Positions 10,867-21,441 of a stretch of DNA of 64,000 bases are shown one piece after another. The notes below the pieces were generated by a model that saw only the letters and a list, made by a program, of their open reading frames with translations, was not told the origin of the DNA and did not search any database. Source of the DNA: Tubulanus polymorphus. Lineage: Eukaryota; Animalia; Nemertea. Where the stretch lies: NCBI RefSeq assembly GCF_964204645.1, contig NC_134026.1, positions 18,076,150 through 18,140,149 of the forward strand, given 5' to 3'. The position numbers and the translations under genes were made by a program. Numbering within the stretch: the stretch's first letter is position 1; each line of letters opens with the position of its first letter.

Positions 10867-10984
10867 ATTTACTTGACTTGGGTATTTTTGTAGAAAAGAT
10901 AGACACTACTTTGCGTGAGATCAACAGACTTTAGTAAAAATATATATTCTTCAAGCTAAGTCCAAATGTAAAAAAATTAACTGT

Positions 10985-12241
10985 CTAAATATCAAAGTAG
11001 TCTTCGTTATTTATCAACTGTCTGTCCGATGTAGCAGGATCACAAGCAGTTAGTTCGTGTCGAGGGTGATAAAATGTACCTCTACAATTTTGTCGGTTCA
11101 GTTTTTTATGGCGTATAACCAAGACCAACAAAACAACCAACAGTCCTTCAACAATAAAGACTACAATTCCAATTACAATCGGTTTCGTATGAACGTCGTC
11201 GCTGCCGCTGGTAGACGCTGATTTGTTCTGGGTAGTTAAATTGTTGGTGTTGTTACTTCCTCTAACTACAGCTAATAGAAAAGTATTGTTGTCGCGTATC
11301 TGTGGTGGTGCTGGATCAACCTCAGTTGAATTGTGATAATCTATTATCGCTGGAATTGGTACCGTCGCGTCGATGTGTTCAACCTTGATTGTAGGTAGAG
11401 GTTTTGTTACGATAGCAGGTGGGGTTGGTTTTGTATATGTAGGCAAGGTCGGGTTGCTCCTTAAGTCCGGCTCTTCGTGTTGGTGAACAGGTGGAATTAG
11501 CTGTCGTCTTTGCGGCGATGATGTCCACATATCTCTGAGGATATGTTTTGGAACTTTTACCACATGATCGTGTTTTGCAACATCAAAGTCACAAGACAAG
11601 TCTAAATCATCTCCTAGTTGGTAAAAATACGACTTTAAACTTTTCTTAGTAATTTTGAATGCAACTAAACGAGATGGGTGTTCGCTAAGTTCATCTTTTG
11701 TTTTATCAACACAATCGTATCCAGTACATGTCCAAAACCTTATTTCCTCAACAGCGTGTGCATCTTCGAATGATGTAGAAGCAAGAAACCATCTGCTGTT
11801 ATCATACAACTTGGTCTTGTGGTCTTGGTCGTATTCAACACGATGTATGTAGAGGTTTAGTCTCTGGGTATAATATGGAGATTCCGGACACAAGATTTTT
11901 ATCCCTGGTTCATCTTTCGCAGTTTGGTTGAATCGATTGGGAACTTCACAATCTACAATGAGTTCTTTACTTGTCCAGTCGTAGTCAAATCTCACTATTA
12001 ACGGATTTGATGAGTTGTAGAAATAACAATCAGAGTAATTTACTCGAGTAGGTTGAAAACTACCATCTCCCCATGTGGCAGTCACGTTATTTGCGAAGTA
12101 CACAAATGTTAACAGCGGAACAGAGATCATCATCTCCGGTAGTTGTGCGGTGGTGTGTGTTTCAAAAGATAATAACACAAAGTTATGTGAAAATGACCTC
12201 ACTATATGATGAATATAATCGCGCGATGTTTCATCAGCCAA
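10985..12241 (-). CDS. Type I membrane glycoprotein with P/T-rich stalk
   Basis: Signal-like segment from MMISVPLLTFVYF, Cys-containing ectodomain, several N-x-S/T sites, TM IVIGIVVFIVEGLLVVLLVLVI followed by RHKK. Confidence 0.8.
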   Translation of the reverse strand: MADETSRDYIHHIVRSFSHNFVLLSFETHTTAQLPEMMISVPLLTFVYFANNVTATWGDGSFQPTRVNYSDCYFYNSSNPLIVRFDYDWTSKELIVDCEVPNRFNQTAKDEPGIKILCPESPYYTQRLNLYIHRVEYDQDHKTKLYDNSRWFLASTSFEDAHAVEEIRFWTCTGYDCVDKTKDELSEHPSRLVAFKITKKSLKSYFYQLGDDLDLSCDFDVAKHDHVVKVPKHILRDMWTSSPQRRQLIPPVHQHEEPDLRSNPTLPTYTKPTPPAIVTKPLPTIKVEHIDATVPIPAIIDYHNSTEVDPAPPQIRDNNTFLLAVVRGSNNTNNLTTQNKSASTSGSDDVHTKPIVIGIVVFIVEGLLVVLLVLVIRHKKLNRQNCRGTFYHPRHELTACDPATSDRQLINNEDYFDI

Positions 12242-12584
12242 TCAAAAGCCGTTCTACAAAAGGTGAGAAAAAAAATCTCACAAAAAAATATTTTTTCAAG
12301 ATAACTCATCATTTTTATTTCATCAACTCAATTTATACTTCAACATTTACAAGTGTCAATTGTTCTGGGTAAGTTTTCGAAATGAGGTAGCTCTCTTATC
12401 CTATTGCCGGAAAAACCGACTGCCATTTGTCTGATTTTACTTGTGTGTTCGCTCTTGAAGAATGCGGACAAAGTGAACACCGCAGTAACACACTAATAGG
12501 TATTTATATCAGGTTACAAAAATCGTTTCCAAACATTTCTAACTATAACTTTATAGCGCTAATGAGATTTTGCTCATTACAAAG

Positions 12585-13023
12585 ATGGCGTCTTTACCAA
12601 CAATACCCACTTGGCGAACAGAGCCTGGTGAATGTTACGTTTGCAAGCATGATTTTTCCAAAGGCAGCACACCCATTGACTCTGTGGTTATTACCTACAG
12701 CAACCAAACCAAAGTAAAATACACATACATTCATCGAATACTGAGAGTTTTGTTAGTATAACGACATCTGCACGATTTGTGCGATCAAGACGGTGGATAG
12801 AAATGGTCTTGTTCACTGTCCACATGGATGTAGCCCCACAAAAGATTGCAACCCTGAGCTATTGCCGTGGCACGATTCAACACCGTTCAGCTTTCCTTGG
12901 AAGTTTGCGTTCAAGGATATGTGTCAACACTTTTACATATATGGGATAATATTTTTTAAACCAAACACAGACTACCCAGATACAGACACAGAGGAGGAAA
13001 TCAAGAAGAAGATTGAAATTTAG
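12585..13023 (+). CDS. Spliced RING-like zinc-finger protein (exons 12585..12713 and 12757..13023)
   Basis: A 43-nt GT..AG intron (12714..12756) joins CYVC in exon 1 in frame with ICTIC...HCPHGC in exon 2, giving 131 aa. Confidence 0.55.
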
Positions 13024-13104
13024 AGTGAATACATCAAATGTAAATCTTTTTATTGAATACAAATAATAATATAAAATGGTATTATATTAGAACTTGTCTT
13101 AGTT

Positions 13105-13641
13105 TTAGTCTCTTGAGTAGACTTGTGACAATTTGCTCACGGATGGTGAATTTGAAAGCAGTCTATTTAGCCTGAGGTAGTTGTAAAGTTCTTGTTCAAA
13201 TTCACGATCATTGTCTTCAACACAGAATCCATACGGCAAAATAACATATCCAACATTTGGCTGTGCCTCTAGGTATCCTTTTGGAGCAAATGCATGGATG
13301 TATTTGCCTGCGTTGTATCCTGTCATCGCAAACCGAATATATTCAAATTCAGATAGATCAGATGACAAGTTAGAAAGTTCCAATAGTTCTCGTTTGTCCT
13401 TATCAGGTAAATATTTGTTGTAATTGTGGGTAAGGTAGTATCGCACTCATTTGCAAGCTCCCGTTGTTAGATGTTGGCATTCGAGCCAGAGTTTTACGTC
13501 CGTTTGAATGAACAACGGGCTGCCGATGAGATTCACGTCTGTTTTTTCAATACGATCCACCAACGCGTTTAAAGTCAAGTCAACAACGTGTTGCGGTCCG
13601 TCATAGTCGAAGTATTCTTGTGCTATCTTTGATGATGCCAT
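13105..13641 (-). pseudogene. ~178-codon gene split by one in-frame TGA
   Basis: ORFs 13447..13641 and 13105..13446 are in the same frame, separated only by TGA at 13447..13449. Confidence 0.7.
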
Positions 13642-13736
13642 TTTTTTATTTTTTTGTTGGTCGTGATACTCTGCGTGGGTAACGAAAGAGTGAAGTTCAC
13701 ATACACGACAAATGTCCTTTTATTTCGTGTATCGGG

Positions 13737-13821
13737 TTATTTCCCAATTTCTCACCCGCGAGTTACAAGAGGAGAAATAAGGTTACGAGAGGAGAATTAA
13801 GGTCCGATAAGGAGAAATAAC
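13737..13821 (+). repeat. hr-like repeat cluster
   Basis: TTATTTCCCAATTTCTCACCCGCGA followed by 2 good and 1 degenerate GTTACAAGAGGAGAAATAAG units. Confidence 0.9.
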
Positions 13822-14394
13822 ATAATTCCGATATTTTTGTTGAGATTTAGGCCAATTTTGAACTTGTCATCATACCAGTTATCGATGTTGGTTTCAAGCA
13901 TACACAAAACACCAGCTCCATTAACCATTGTTAGCATGGTTGGTCCCGCCTCTGCCATTCTCTTCATATCTGCAGGCACAGTTGTGAAGTACGACTCACC
14001 ATGACCCTGCTTGTATTTTCTCAACACTTTAAGTATCGACGTTCCACTGATGAAACAACCTTCTCTTGTCCATATACTGTTAATTTTATTTGGGTGCAGT
14101 ATTTCGGTTGGTAAATATTTGAATGGCAACATACACACTGAAAAATAAATAATATATAATTATAAATCAAGGGACATATATGAGGTACTTGTTGAGGAGC
14201 TTGGCTAGACCTTGAGGAGCTTGACTTAGAAAATGAGGTGCGTATATTAAACATAACTTACCTCTTTCCGTTGTATTCTTCGGTCACTTTTACCAAATTA
14301 TTGATAAATTCCCTTGGTGGGGGGGTTTCATATTCTTACAAAACATCTTTACAGTTTCTATTGTAATAAATCTTGTCCTGTCGAGAGTTTCCAT
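13797..14394 (-). pseudogene. BRO-N-like domain gene, probably spliced and disrupted (paralog of the 37100..37535 exon)
   Basis: KINSIWTREGCFISGTSILKVLRKY...LTMVNGAGVL aligns with KINGIWTDNGCYISGVSVLKMLKKY...LTMVNGAGIL; acceptor TTTTCAG at 14138, donor GAG/GTAAGT at 14261; upstream exon shifts frame at a C7 run. Confidence 0.5.
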
Positions 14395-14406
14395 CAGCAG
14401 ATGTCC

Positions 14407-14507
14407 TTTTCTCCATTTCTCACCCGGGTTACAAAAGGAGAACTAAGGTTACAAGAGGAGAAATAAGGTTACAAGAGGAGAAATAAGGTTACAAGAGGAG
14501 AAATAAG
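14407..14507 (+). repeat. hr-like repeat cluster
   Basis: TTTTCTCCATTTCTCACCCGG plus four tandem 20-bp units (14428..14507). Confidence 0.92.
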
Positions 14508-14537
14508 ACAAGCCCGATATTTGTGGTTCAATTTCAA

Positions 14538-14875
14538 TTATTCTAACATTTTTACGCACACTGTCCAAAATCCATCTACGGGATCTCTTTTGACGGTGTA
14601 AATGCTAAATAAGTTACTTTACGTTTGTTGATCCCTAGGTGGTCGTGAGCGTAATTTTCTTCATGTTTTGGATCGGTAAAACTCACGTCGCTCTTGATCG
14701 GATCTCTGGATGAAAACAAGATATATCGAAGACCCTCCTCTAGGTGCCTGACTGCGATGCCACCATGACCATCTCCTCTGTTTATGGGTAAAAGGCGATT
14801 GTCTCGTTCCATTGCGTGTTGGGCTAACCGAGTGAAGAGACAGCATACACAAACGAAAATCCCCTCACAATCTCT
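14538..14875 (-). pseudogene. Duplicated 3' end of the 15449..17029 gene
   Basis: Near-identical to 15449..15799 with a 13-bp deletion between CTAAA direct repeats that shifts the frame. Confidence 0.92.
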
Positions 14876-15121
14876 TAAGCAAATTAATTCTATTTCATTC
14901 AGTGTGGACAAACACCAACCTTACTCAGTCAATGACAAGTGTATGGAATTGCTAGATCTACGAGACATACCACTAGAGTTGCTGTACTTTTTCTTGTTCG
15001 AGTCTTTATATTTCAATAGACAAGACGATGATGAAAGAGAAGTGGCCATTTGCTACAATGTACTACGCGGCACGAGTTATAGACATGAACATCAGAAGAC
15101 GACTCAATGGTGGTGGTAGTG

Positions 15122-15193
15122 TTCAGATGGATCAGATGACAAGTTAGAAAGTTCCAATAGTTCTCGTTTGTCCTTATCAGGCAAATATCTGTT
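15122..15193 (-). repeat. 72-bp duplicate of 13348..13419
   Basis: Direct copy with few substitutions of an internal part of the 13105..13641 gene. Confidence 0.9.
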
Positions 15194-15208
15194 TGGAACT
15201 TTATGATC

Positions 15209-15283
15209 TTTTCTCACTTCCGGGTTACAAGAGGAGAAATAGTGGTTACGAGAGGAGACATAGCGGTTACAAGAGGAGAAATA
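15209..15283 (+). repeat. hr-like repeat cluster
   Basis: TTTTCTCACTTCCGG plus three GTTACRAGAGGAGAMATA units at 21-bp spacing. Confidence 0.88.
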
Positions 15284-15310
15284 AACCTCCTTCTATAGCC
15301 CCGCAATGAT

Positions 15311-15436
15311 ACTTCCAACTGAAATCTCGGTTCTCCCAACTGTCATCTTGGTTCTCTCAACTGTCATCACATACTCCCAACTAAAATCTCGGTTTTCCCA
15401 ACTGACATCTTGGTTCTCTCAACTGTCATCTCGAAT
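15311..15436 (+). repeat. 21-bp minisatellite, 6 units
   Basis: Consensus CTCCCAACTGTCATCTTGGTT; CAACT core at 15316, 15337, 15358, 15378, 15399 and 15420. Confidence 0.85.
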
Positions 15437-15448
15437 CTCAAAACGAAT

Positions 15449-17029
15449 TTATTCTAACATTTTTACGCACACTGTCCAGAATCCATCTACGGGATCTCTT
15501 TTGACTGTGTAAATGCTAAAGTCGCACTCTAAATATGTTACTTTACGTTTGTTGATCCCTAGGTGGCCGTGAGCGTAATTTTCTTCATGTTTTGGATCGG
15601 TGAAACTCACACCGCTCTTGATCGGATCTCTAGATGAGAACAAGATATATCGAAGACCCTCCTCTAGGTGCCTGACCGCGATGCCACCATGACCATCTCC
15701 TCTGTTTATGGGTAAAAGGCGGTTGTCCCGTTCCATTGCGTGTTGGGCTAACCGAGTGAAGAGACAGCATACACAAACGAAAATCCCCTCACAATCTCTA
15801 GCTGCGTTGCTTTCCTTTCCGATGTAATTCACCTTTGGGTCGCTGGGTCCGTTTATGGCGTTGTACTTTAAAACGTATCGATGAAGACTCGACCTGATAG
15901 TGTCTATAATGCTCACCCACTCACCCACACTACTAATCGTTGGTATCATGAACTTTAATGAAGACATGACAAAATTGGGTATAATGACTGGACCTGGAGA
16001 GTTGGTATGGGGGAAATAACGAGTTGTATACGTACAATTTTCACCTCTTGAACATTTAAGATTCAATGCGTTGACGATTTCTTGAAGTTTCTGTTTTTCT
16101 GTTGGTGCTAGATTTAAATCTTGTATAATTTTCTCTTGAATGTTGGTAGTTTCTGGAGCAGCAGTCGCACCGCCTTCACACTCATCTGGTGAGGTTGGTG
16201 GCGGTTTGGTAAATTGAGCGTTCATGTCTCCGGATAAAATTGCTGGTACGATATAAGGAAGGTTGGATAGAAACAGTCTATGAGCCCTGTCTAAATTTAA
16301 ATTGAGTGGTATATCATCAATACAATAAGTTGCCTCTGCGGTTAGATGATCCACAGTATCGTAGGTAACGTCTGGTAGAGATGCACTATTTCCACCGGAC
16401 AACGTTTGGTCTAACTTGTCGATGTGTTGGAACAATAGTTGATGGAAGAGAATTTCATCTTTGTTATCGTAAGTTGTGGTGTTTGTACCTTTGGTTATGA
16501 CTCTGTCTAAATCGGTTCCTTTGTGAGTAGATAGAACATGTTCAGTGGCACCGTTGTAGACTTCTTTTTCCAATTTAACCGATTCCATGCAATTATTAAG
16601 TCTTCTGGTAGAATCGACTAAGACCTGCTCCAAGACAGCATCGGTAGCAACCAGTGGGTATGTAGATTCTTTGGTGGCCAGATCGCTAGTATTGGGTATG
16701 TGACGATATTTGGCCTCAGATTCATCATTGCACAATTCATCGTCGTCATCAAAATCATCAAAATCATCACCGTCAGATATTATAGATTCCGGGGCACTAA
16801 ATTTTGACATTAAGGTGGCTGTCGAAAATTTTAACGCGGTATCAATGTTATCATCACCCGCTTCCAACGAATGTAGACTTTGTTCTGAACCATCATCCGA
16901 GTCCTCGTCATCGTTTTCTTCGGCCACATCGCTGTTATTGTCAAGCTCTTCGTCAGACAGTACTGGATCATCGCCGCTGCAAGCATCATCGTCCGATACA
17001 TCATAATTCTCCATAGTCTTCGCAGCCAT
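15449..17029 (-). CDS. Hypothetical protein, acidic N-terminus and Cys-containing C-terminal domain
   Basis: 574-aa ORF, likely start MAAKTME at 17029; CSRGENC and CVCC motifs. Confidence 0.7.
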   Translation of the reverse strand: MAAKTMENYDVSDDDACSGDDPVLSDEELDNNSDVAEENDDEDSDDGSEQSLHSLEAGDDNIDTALKFSTATLMSKFSAPESIISDGDDFDDFDDDDELCNDESEAKYRHIPNTSDLATKESTYPLVATDAVLEQVLVDSTRRLNNCMESVKLEKEVYNGATEHVLSTHKGTDLDRVITKGTNTTTYDNKDEILFHQLLFQHIDKLDQTLSGGNSASLPDVTYDTVDHLTAEATYCIDDIPLNLNLDRAHRLFLSNLPYIVPAILSGDMNAQFTKPPPTSPDECEGGATAAPETTNIQEKIIQDLNLAPTEKQKLQEIVNALNLKCSRGENCTYTTRYFPHTNSPGPVIIPNFVMSSLKFMIPTISSVGEWVSIIDTIRSSLHRYVLKYNAINGPSDPKVNYIGKESNAARDCEGIFVCVCCLFTRLAQHAMERDNRLLPINRGDGHGGIAVRHLEEGLRYILFSSRDPIKSGVSFTDPKHEENYAHGHLGINKRKVTYLECDFSIYTVKRDPVDGFWTVCVKMLE

Positions 17030-17189
17030 GAAGCCTTTCAAGGTAGTTGGGTGTTGGATTAAAAAAACTGTACCAAATCCTTCGAATAATAACTCAAAGT
17101 ACCAATATTTGGATGTGCTGACTTTTGATAGTTGCGACCAGACAATTTCTACAGCCAAAAAGAACCAAGTCACGCTAACACATTACAAA

Positions 17190-18449
17190 ATGAGCAATCT
17201 TTTCAATAGTGATAATATACCTTGGTTCAAACAAATGAGTTCGAAACAATCTATTATCACGCCGAATTCAGAGTATCAGGACAAGTTGCTGGGTGAAGGA
17301 TATTCGCTAAAGTGTCAGAATATCGAATTTGTCCAGTGTATTAATTCTCCGTACAGACTAATTATGGAGAGGAAAAATTGTTTCCAAAAAAAGTCACTAA
17401 AAGGTACCCGTTTTGTAACCGAACTGAGATTTGTTACAATTATGGACGTGTTGGATGTCAGTGAATTGAACAACTATAGTATGCAGTACATAAAAGTTGT
17501 ACGACACGAAACCTTTGCAGGTTGTGTAGCAGATTCGGACAAATTGTTCACTGATGCAATTGCTACACTCAATGCTACTACAACAGACGGGATTAATGAA
17601 AAAAAAGAGTTTATGTACTTGTGCAAAAATGGAGAGAGTAATATATCAGAAGACATCTTATTTGACCAGGCTAGATACACAGATGACGGCGCTGAAATAG
17701 CAGATGAAAGCAGTGTAGACACAAGTCGCATTTTGTACAACTCAACTAAAACTACTCACTACAGCGTCTCAGTGGAAAATTACAAAGGCTCGGGAGCATT
17801 GTGCATTTGCTGTTCTTCAATGGACTCAAAGACTTACTTTACCCACGGTTACTTTATAAAAGACAAAGTAGAAATTACAAGTATAAGCGTGTATGATATA
17901 AGCAAAAACGGCCATAAAGCCAATCAGTTGGTGGTAGATACCTTTGACGTTTCCAACTTTACTTCTGCCTCGTATATTATCCATCTTAATGTTGTACCCA
18001 TGAGTATCGAACAAGTTTATATCGATCCATGTCTCTCAAAGGGGAGTAAAATTATACATTTGAACATGACCCATGTAGATCACCAACACCAACAAATTGA
18101 CAATGCAATCAACTCCCAGAAATTTTTCATGTTGACCCAATACAACTTGGAGCAACAAACATGGAATCGAACGATACACCAAGCATTGATCAAAGATCAT
18201 CAGCAAACCAACACAGAGCTGGGGGTGTTTCATCAACAAAAATCACCCCAGTTGTACTTAAAGATCGGAGACTACCTCACCCAATGCACAGAAGAAGGGA
18301 GCCGAGACGACGCGAAAGGCGAGCTGATCGACAGGATCGGTCGACTGAAACAGATGGTGGCCAGCAGATTCGGGGGACCTCCACTGACTCCCATACGTCC
18401 ACCCGTTCGCAAAGTCAAAATAAAGGCCAGGACGAAGAGACGGTGTTAG
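17190..18449 (+). CDS. Hypothetical viral protein
   Basis: 473-aa ORF; likely ATG at 17190 (AAAATGA), divergent from the previous gene. Confidence 0.7.
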   Translation: MSNLFNSDNIPWFKQMSSKQSIITPNSEYQDKLLGEGYSLKCQNIEFVQCINSPYRLIMERKNCFQKKSLKGTRFVTELRFVTIMDVLDVSELNNYSMQYIKVVRHETFAGCVADSDKLFTDAIATLNATTTDGINEKKEFMYLCKNGESNISEDILFDQARYTDDGAEIADESSVDTSRILYNSTKTTHYSVSVENYKGSGALCICCSSMDSKTYFTHGYFIKDKVEITSISVYDISKNGHKANQLVVDTFDVSNFTSASYIIHLNVVPMSIEQVYIDPCLSKGSKIIHLNMTHVDHQHQQIDNAINSQKFFMLTQYNLEQQTWNRTIHQALIKDHQQTNTELGVFHQQKSPQLYLKIGDYLTQCTEEGSRDDAKGELIDRIGRLKQMVASRFGGPPLTPIRPPVRKVKIKARTKRRC

Positions 18450-19099
18450 AGGAGGGACATAATGCTACAGCCACACCCGTACCCACTGCTAGTTATTACC
18501 CTCGTGCTGCCGTATCGGAAATTAAACTTGGTGGTGCCACCGCTCAAAAGTCAAAGTCTCTATCTCTGGAAGAAGATATCGAGAAATTGTCGTTTGAACG
18601 TGATTTATTTCGGTTAGCGGCAAAGGATTCACTTACCGGACAACAACAAAGAGAAGATAGAGACGTGGACTTGTCACGAACGGCCCACAAACTCCGTGCC
18701 GAAGACTATCTAAAAAGGTCATCAAAACTCAACGCAGAAGTAAACAAGAAAAAGCAAAAAGCCTTTATTTTATCTAACATTCAAGATGCCAAAGGCGAAT
18801 ACATTTCACAACGTTTAATACAATCACATGTTCAGCGTGGCAAAAACGATTTGGAAGCAATGAAAAATTTCTTTGACACTAATAATCTATCTTCGGATAC
18901 TCTAGCTGACAATATTGACGATTTCGAAGAGTTATTATATTCACTGGAAGATGATCATTCCAGTATTAAATCTTCTAAAATATTATCCAAAGGTGTTTTG
19001 AGAATGAATTACAGCGATAGCGATGCAAGCGACGAAGACAGTGATTTACAATTTACAATCAAAAATTGCCCAGAAGTTCATAAACTGAATAAATTTTAA
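18161..19099 (+). CDS. Hypothetical protein with helical C-terminal half
   Basis: 312-aa ORF overlapping the upstream ORF by 289 bp; true start uncertain. Confidence 0.55.
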   Translation: MESNDTPSIDQRSSANQHRAGGVSSTKITPVVLKDRRLPHPMHRRREPRRRERRADRQDRSTETDGGQQIRGTSTDSHTSTRSQSQNKGQDEETVLEEGHNATATPVPTASYYPRAAVSEIKLGGATAQKSKSLSLEEDIEKLSFERDLFRLAAKDSLTGQQQREDRDVDLSRTAHKLRAEDYLKRSSKLNAEVNKKKQKAFILSNIQDAKGEYISQRLIQSHVQRGKNDLEAMKNFFDTNNLSSDTLADNIDDFEELLYSLEDDHSSIKSSKILSKGVLRMNYSDSDASDEDSDLQFTIKNCPEVHKLNKF

Positions 19100-19211
19100 A
19101 TATTCAATGATTATTGTTTTTGTTTCCGTTGTAACATGTAGACGTAGGTAGTGTTAGCCGAAATTACATTTATATCCCACAAGGCACGATCGATGCCCGC
19201 AATTCTGGACA

Positions 19212-19847
19212 TTATTGTTTTTTTGGAAATTGAATACTCAAATAAACGGTTGATTGATATCGTTGGTAAAATTCATTAGACACAAGAGCGATAGTTCGGT
19301 TCATACTCCAAAGATTGTTAAATCTGCACTCTATGGTAGTTGTATTCGGAACCAGCACACCTTGGGCGATTTCGGTTGGCATGTATGGTAAAGTTCTCCA
19401 AAAATCAAAAGCCAGTTCAGTCGCGGAAGACGACGGTAGAAACATAGGAGATGTTATGTTCGTTGTAGAAGAGAGCGTGGTTACGGTTTTGGGTAAAGTT
19501 CCTTCTTTTCGTAACGTAAACATTAGTTCACCTTCAGAGGTTTTCGACACTAACCATTTCTCCATGTCGTACGCAGGCCACTGAGATATGTTCACGTTCG
19601 GTTTGTTCTCCGTAATATTACACCATTCACCAACGTCTATGAGGAAATCAACTTTAACACTGTTCGTGTACTGTTGCTGATTGTTGAAGTAGACTAGTGT
19701 GTATACATTGTCGTCTACACTGATAGAATTGGGTAAAGTATCCATGAAAGACCAGAAGCGCACAGATTTGATAACTCTAGCCGGGAACTTGAATTTAATG
19801 ACATTGATCGTTCCTGCGTGGGCAGCCATGAATAACCGGTCTGTCAT
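19212..19847 (-). CDS. Hypothetical beta-rich protein
   Basis: Likely start MTDRLF at 19847; the N-terminal extension in the ORF track runs into the LINE tail. Confidence 0.6.
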   Translation of the reverse strand: MTDRLFMAAHAGTINVIKFKFPARVIKSVRFWSFMDTLPNSISVDDNVYTLVYFNNQQQYTNSVKVDFLIDVGEWCNITENKPNVNISQWPAYDMEKWLVSKTSEGELMFTLRKEGTLPKTVTTLSSTTNITSPMFLPSSSATELAFDFWRTLPYMPTEIAQGVLVPNTTTIECRFNNLWSMNRTIALVSNEFYQRYQSTVYLSIQFPKKQ

Positions 19848-19884
19848 TGTCACCAAAAGTTTGGGCACTGAACACATATAGATA

Positions 19885-21082
19885 GATATATATTTTTCCA
19901 ATATAAATTATTTACAATATAAATGTTATAATATTATTATGTACATTATATATATATATCGGAGGGATACCACCCATAGCCATGATGGCTGTAACCGAAG
20001 CCGGCGGGTGGCAACCCAAAATAAATAATAATAATCTAATAAATAATAATAATGATAATAAAGAAATATGATGATGAGAATAGTTCTTCAAAATATCTTT
20101 AGATATTAAATGCGACCAAAAAGAAAGTTGAAATGATAGTGAAATGACAATGAAATGAAAAAAATGTTAGGATGAACAATGGACCTAGTAGAAATGAATA
20201 TTCATTATATTATAAACTTATATTAGGAATAGCTGTTAACAATAGATTTTTTGTACTGTCTAACAAAAGTTGGATAGTTATTACATTTGCGGATTGCACC
20301 AGGTAAATTTTGAAACAAGATTGCTGATTTTGAAAGAAATGACTTGTTGAAGAGGGTAGAAGTGTGTTTGGCAATTCTTGGATTATTTCGGCTACGAGTA
20401 TTGTAGTTATGGTTTGAAGCATTCGTGTCAAAAAGTTTCATAATATTCGAAGGCAGTTGGGACTTAGTAAATAAAAATGAAAATTTAGCCAATTCAAGGT
20501 TAACGAGGTCATCAAATTTGAGGATGCCATACTTTTTAAAAATGGGCGTGGAAGGGGCATTGTATTTACAATTGTCTATGAGTCTGACTGCTTTTTTCTG
20601 GAGTTTAAATAATCTGTTAGCCTGTGATCGTGAAATTAATGGTCCCCATAGATGTAAAGCGTAGGTAAGGTGGCTGTGAATATAGCTGAAATATAAAAGT
20701 TTTCTGGCATGACTAGGTAAGAAATGCTTTAATGAGTTCAAAAGATATATGTTCTTTGATATTTTAGAGCAAAGGTGTTCAACATGTGATTCCCAAGTCA
20801 AATTTGAATGTAGATAAAGACCAAGAAATTTACAACATGAGTCAATTTCAATACTTTTATCATCAAGGTGAATTTTTAAGTTACCTAGATTATCTCTGTT
20901 TTTTATAGGATGAAAAATAATGCAAACAGTCTTGTCAGTGTTGATTGTGAGTTTATTTGCATTGAACCAATCTTTAATAGAATGAAAATCAATAATAATT
21001 TTTTCAATGCTAAGATGTGAATTTGTTGATGTTATATAAATAGTTGTATCATCAGCGAATAATGGTGACAAAACTGTCAATT
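19885..21082 (-). mobile_element. 5'-truncated CR1-like LINE
   Basis: ORF 20223..21080 with RT motif LFADDT, CKFLG, IHSHLTY, LQKKAVRLI; AT-rich 3'UTR and TATC-type tail; candidate 9-bp TSD ATATAGATA (19876..19884 and 21083..21091). Confidence 0.92.
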
Positions 21083-21227
21083 ATATAGATATTTAAAACA
21101 AACAAAAAACCTAACCCCAATAACTATATTTTTCTAACACAAAATTGTTATCACAAGTGTACGAAAAGCCATTATCAGTATGTGTATATGGGCGGCCATC
21201 ACCGCCAAAACTTGATTAAACTCGTAA

Positions 21228-21348
21228 CGTCGTGTCTAGAGTCACATCGTCAAGTCTAAAATCATAACGTCAAGTGTAAATTCATAACGTGACAAGTCTA
21301 AAGTGTATATATTAAGTTTAAAGTCATAACTTTAAGTCTGGAGTAATA
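21228..21348 (+). repeat. Degenerate ~20-bp tandem repeat
   Basis: About 6 units of CGTCAAGTCTAAAATCATAA-like sequence. Confidence 0.65.
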
Positions 21349-21441
21349 CGTGAAATATCGTATCGTCGGGTCTTAATACAAAATGTCGCCAGATGGCGCT
21401 GGAGTATGATAATATTACGTCAAGTTACTTCCGGAATCCTT

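Noticed and set aside
14428-14507. CRISPR array interpretation of the 20-bp repeats (also 25111..25170 and 44690..44847)
   Set aside because: Units are directly tandem with no unique spacers, there are no cas genes, and the context is eukaryotic.
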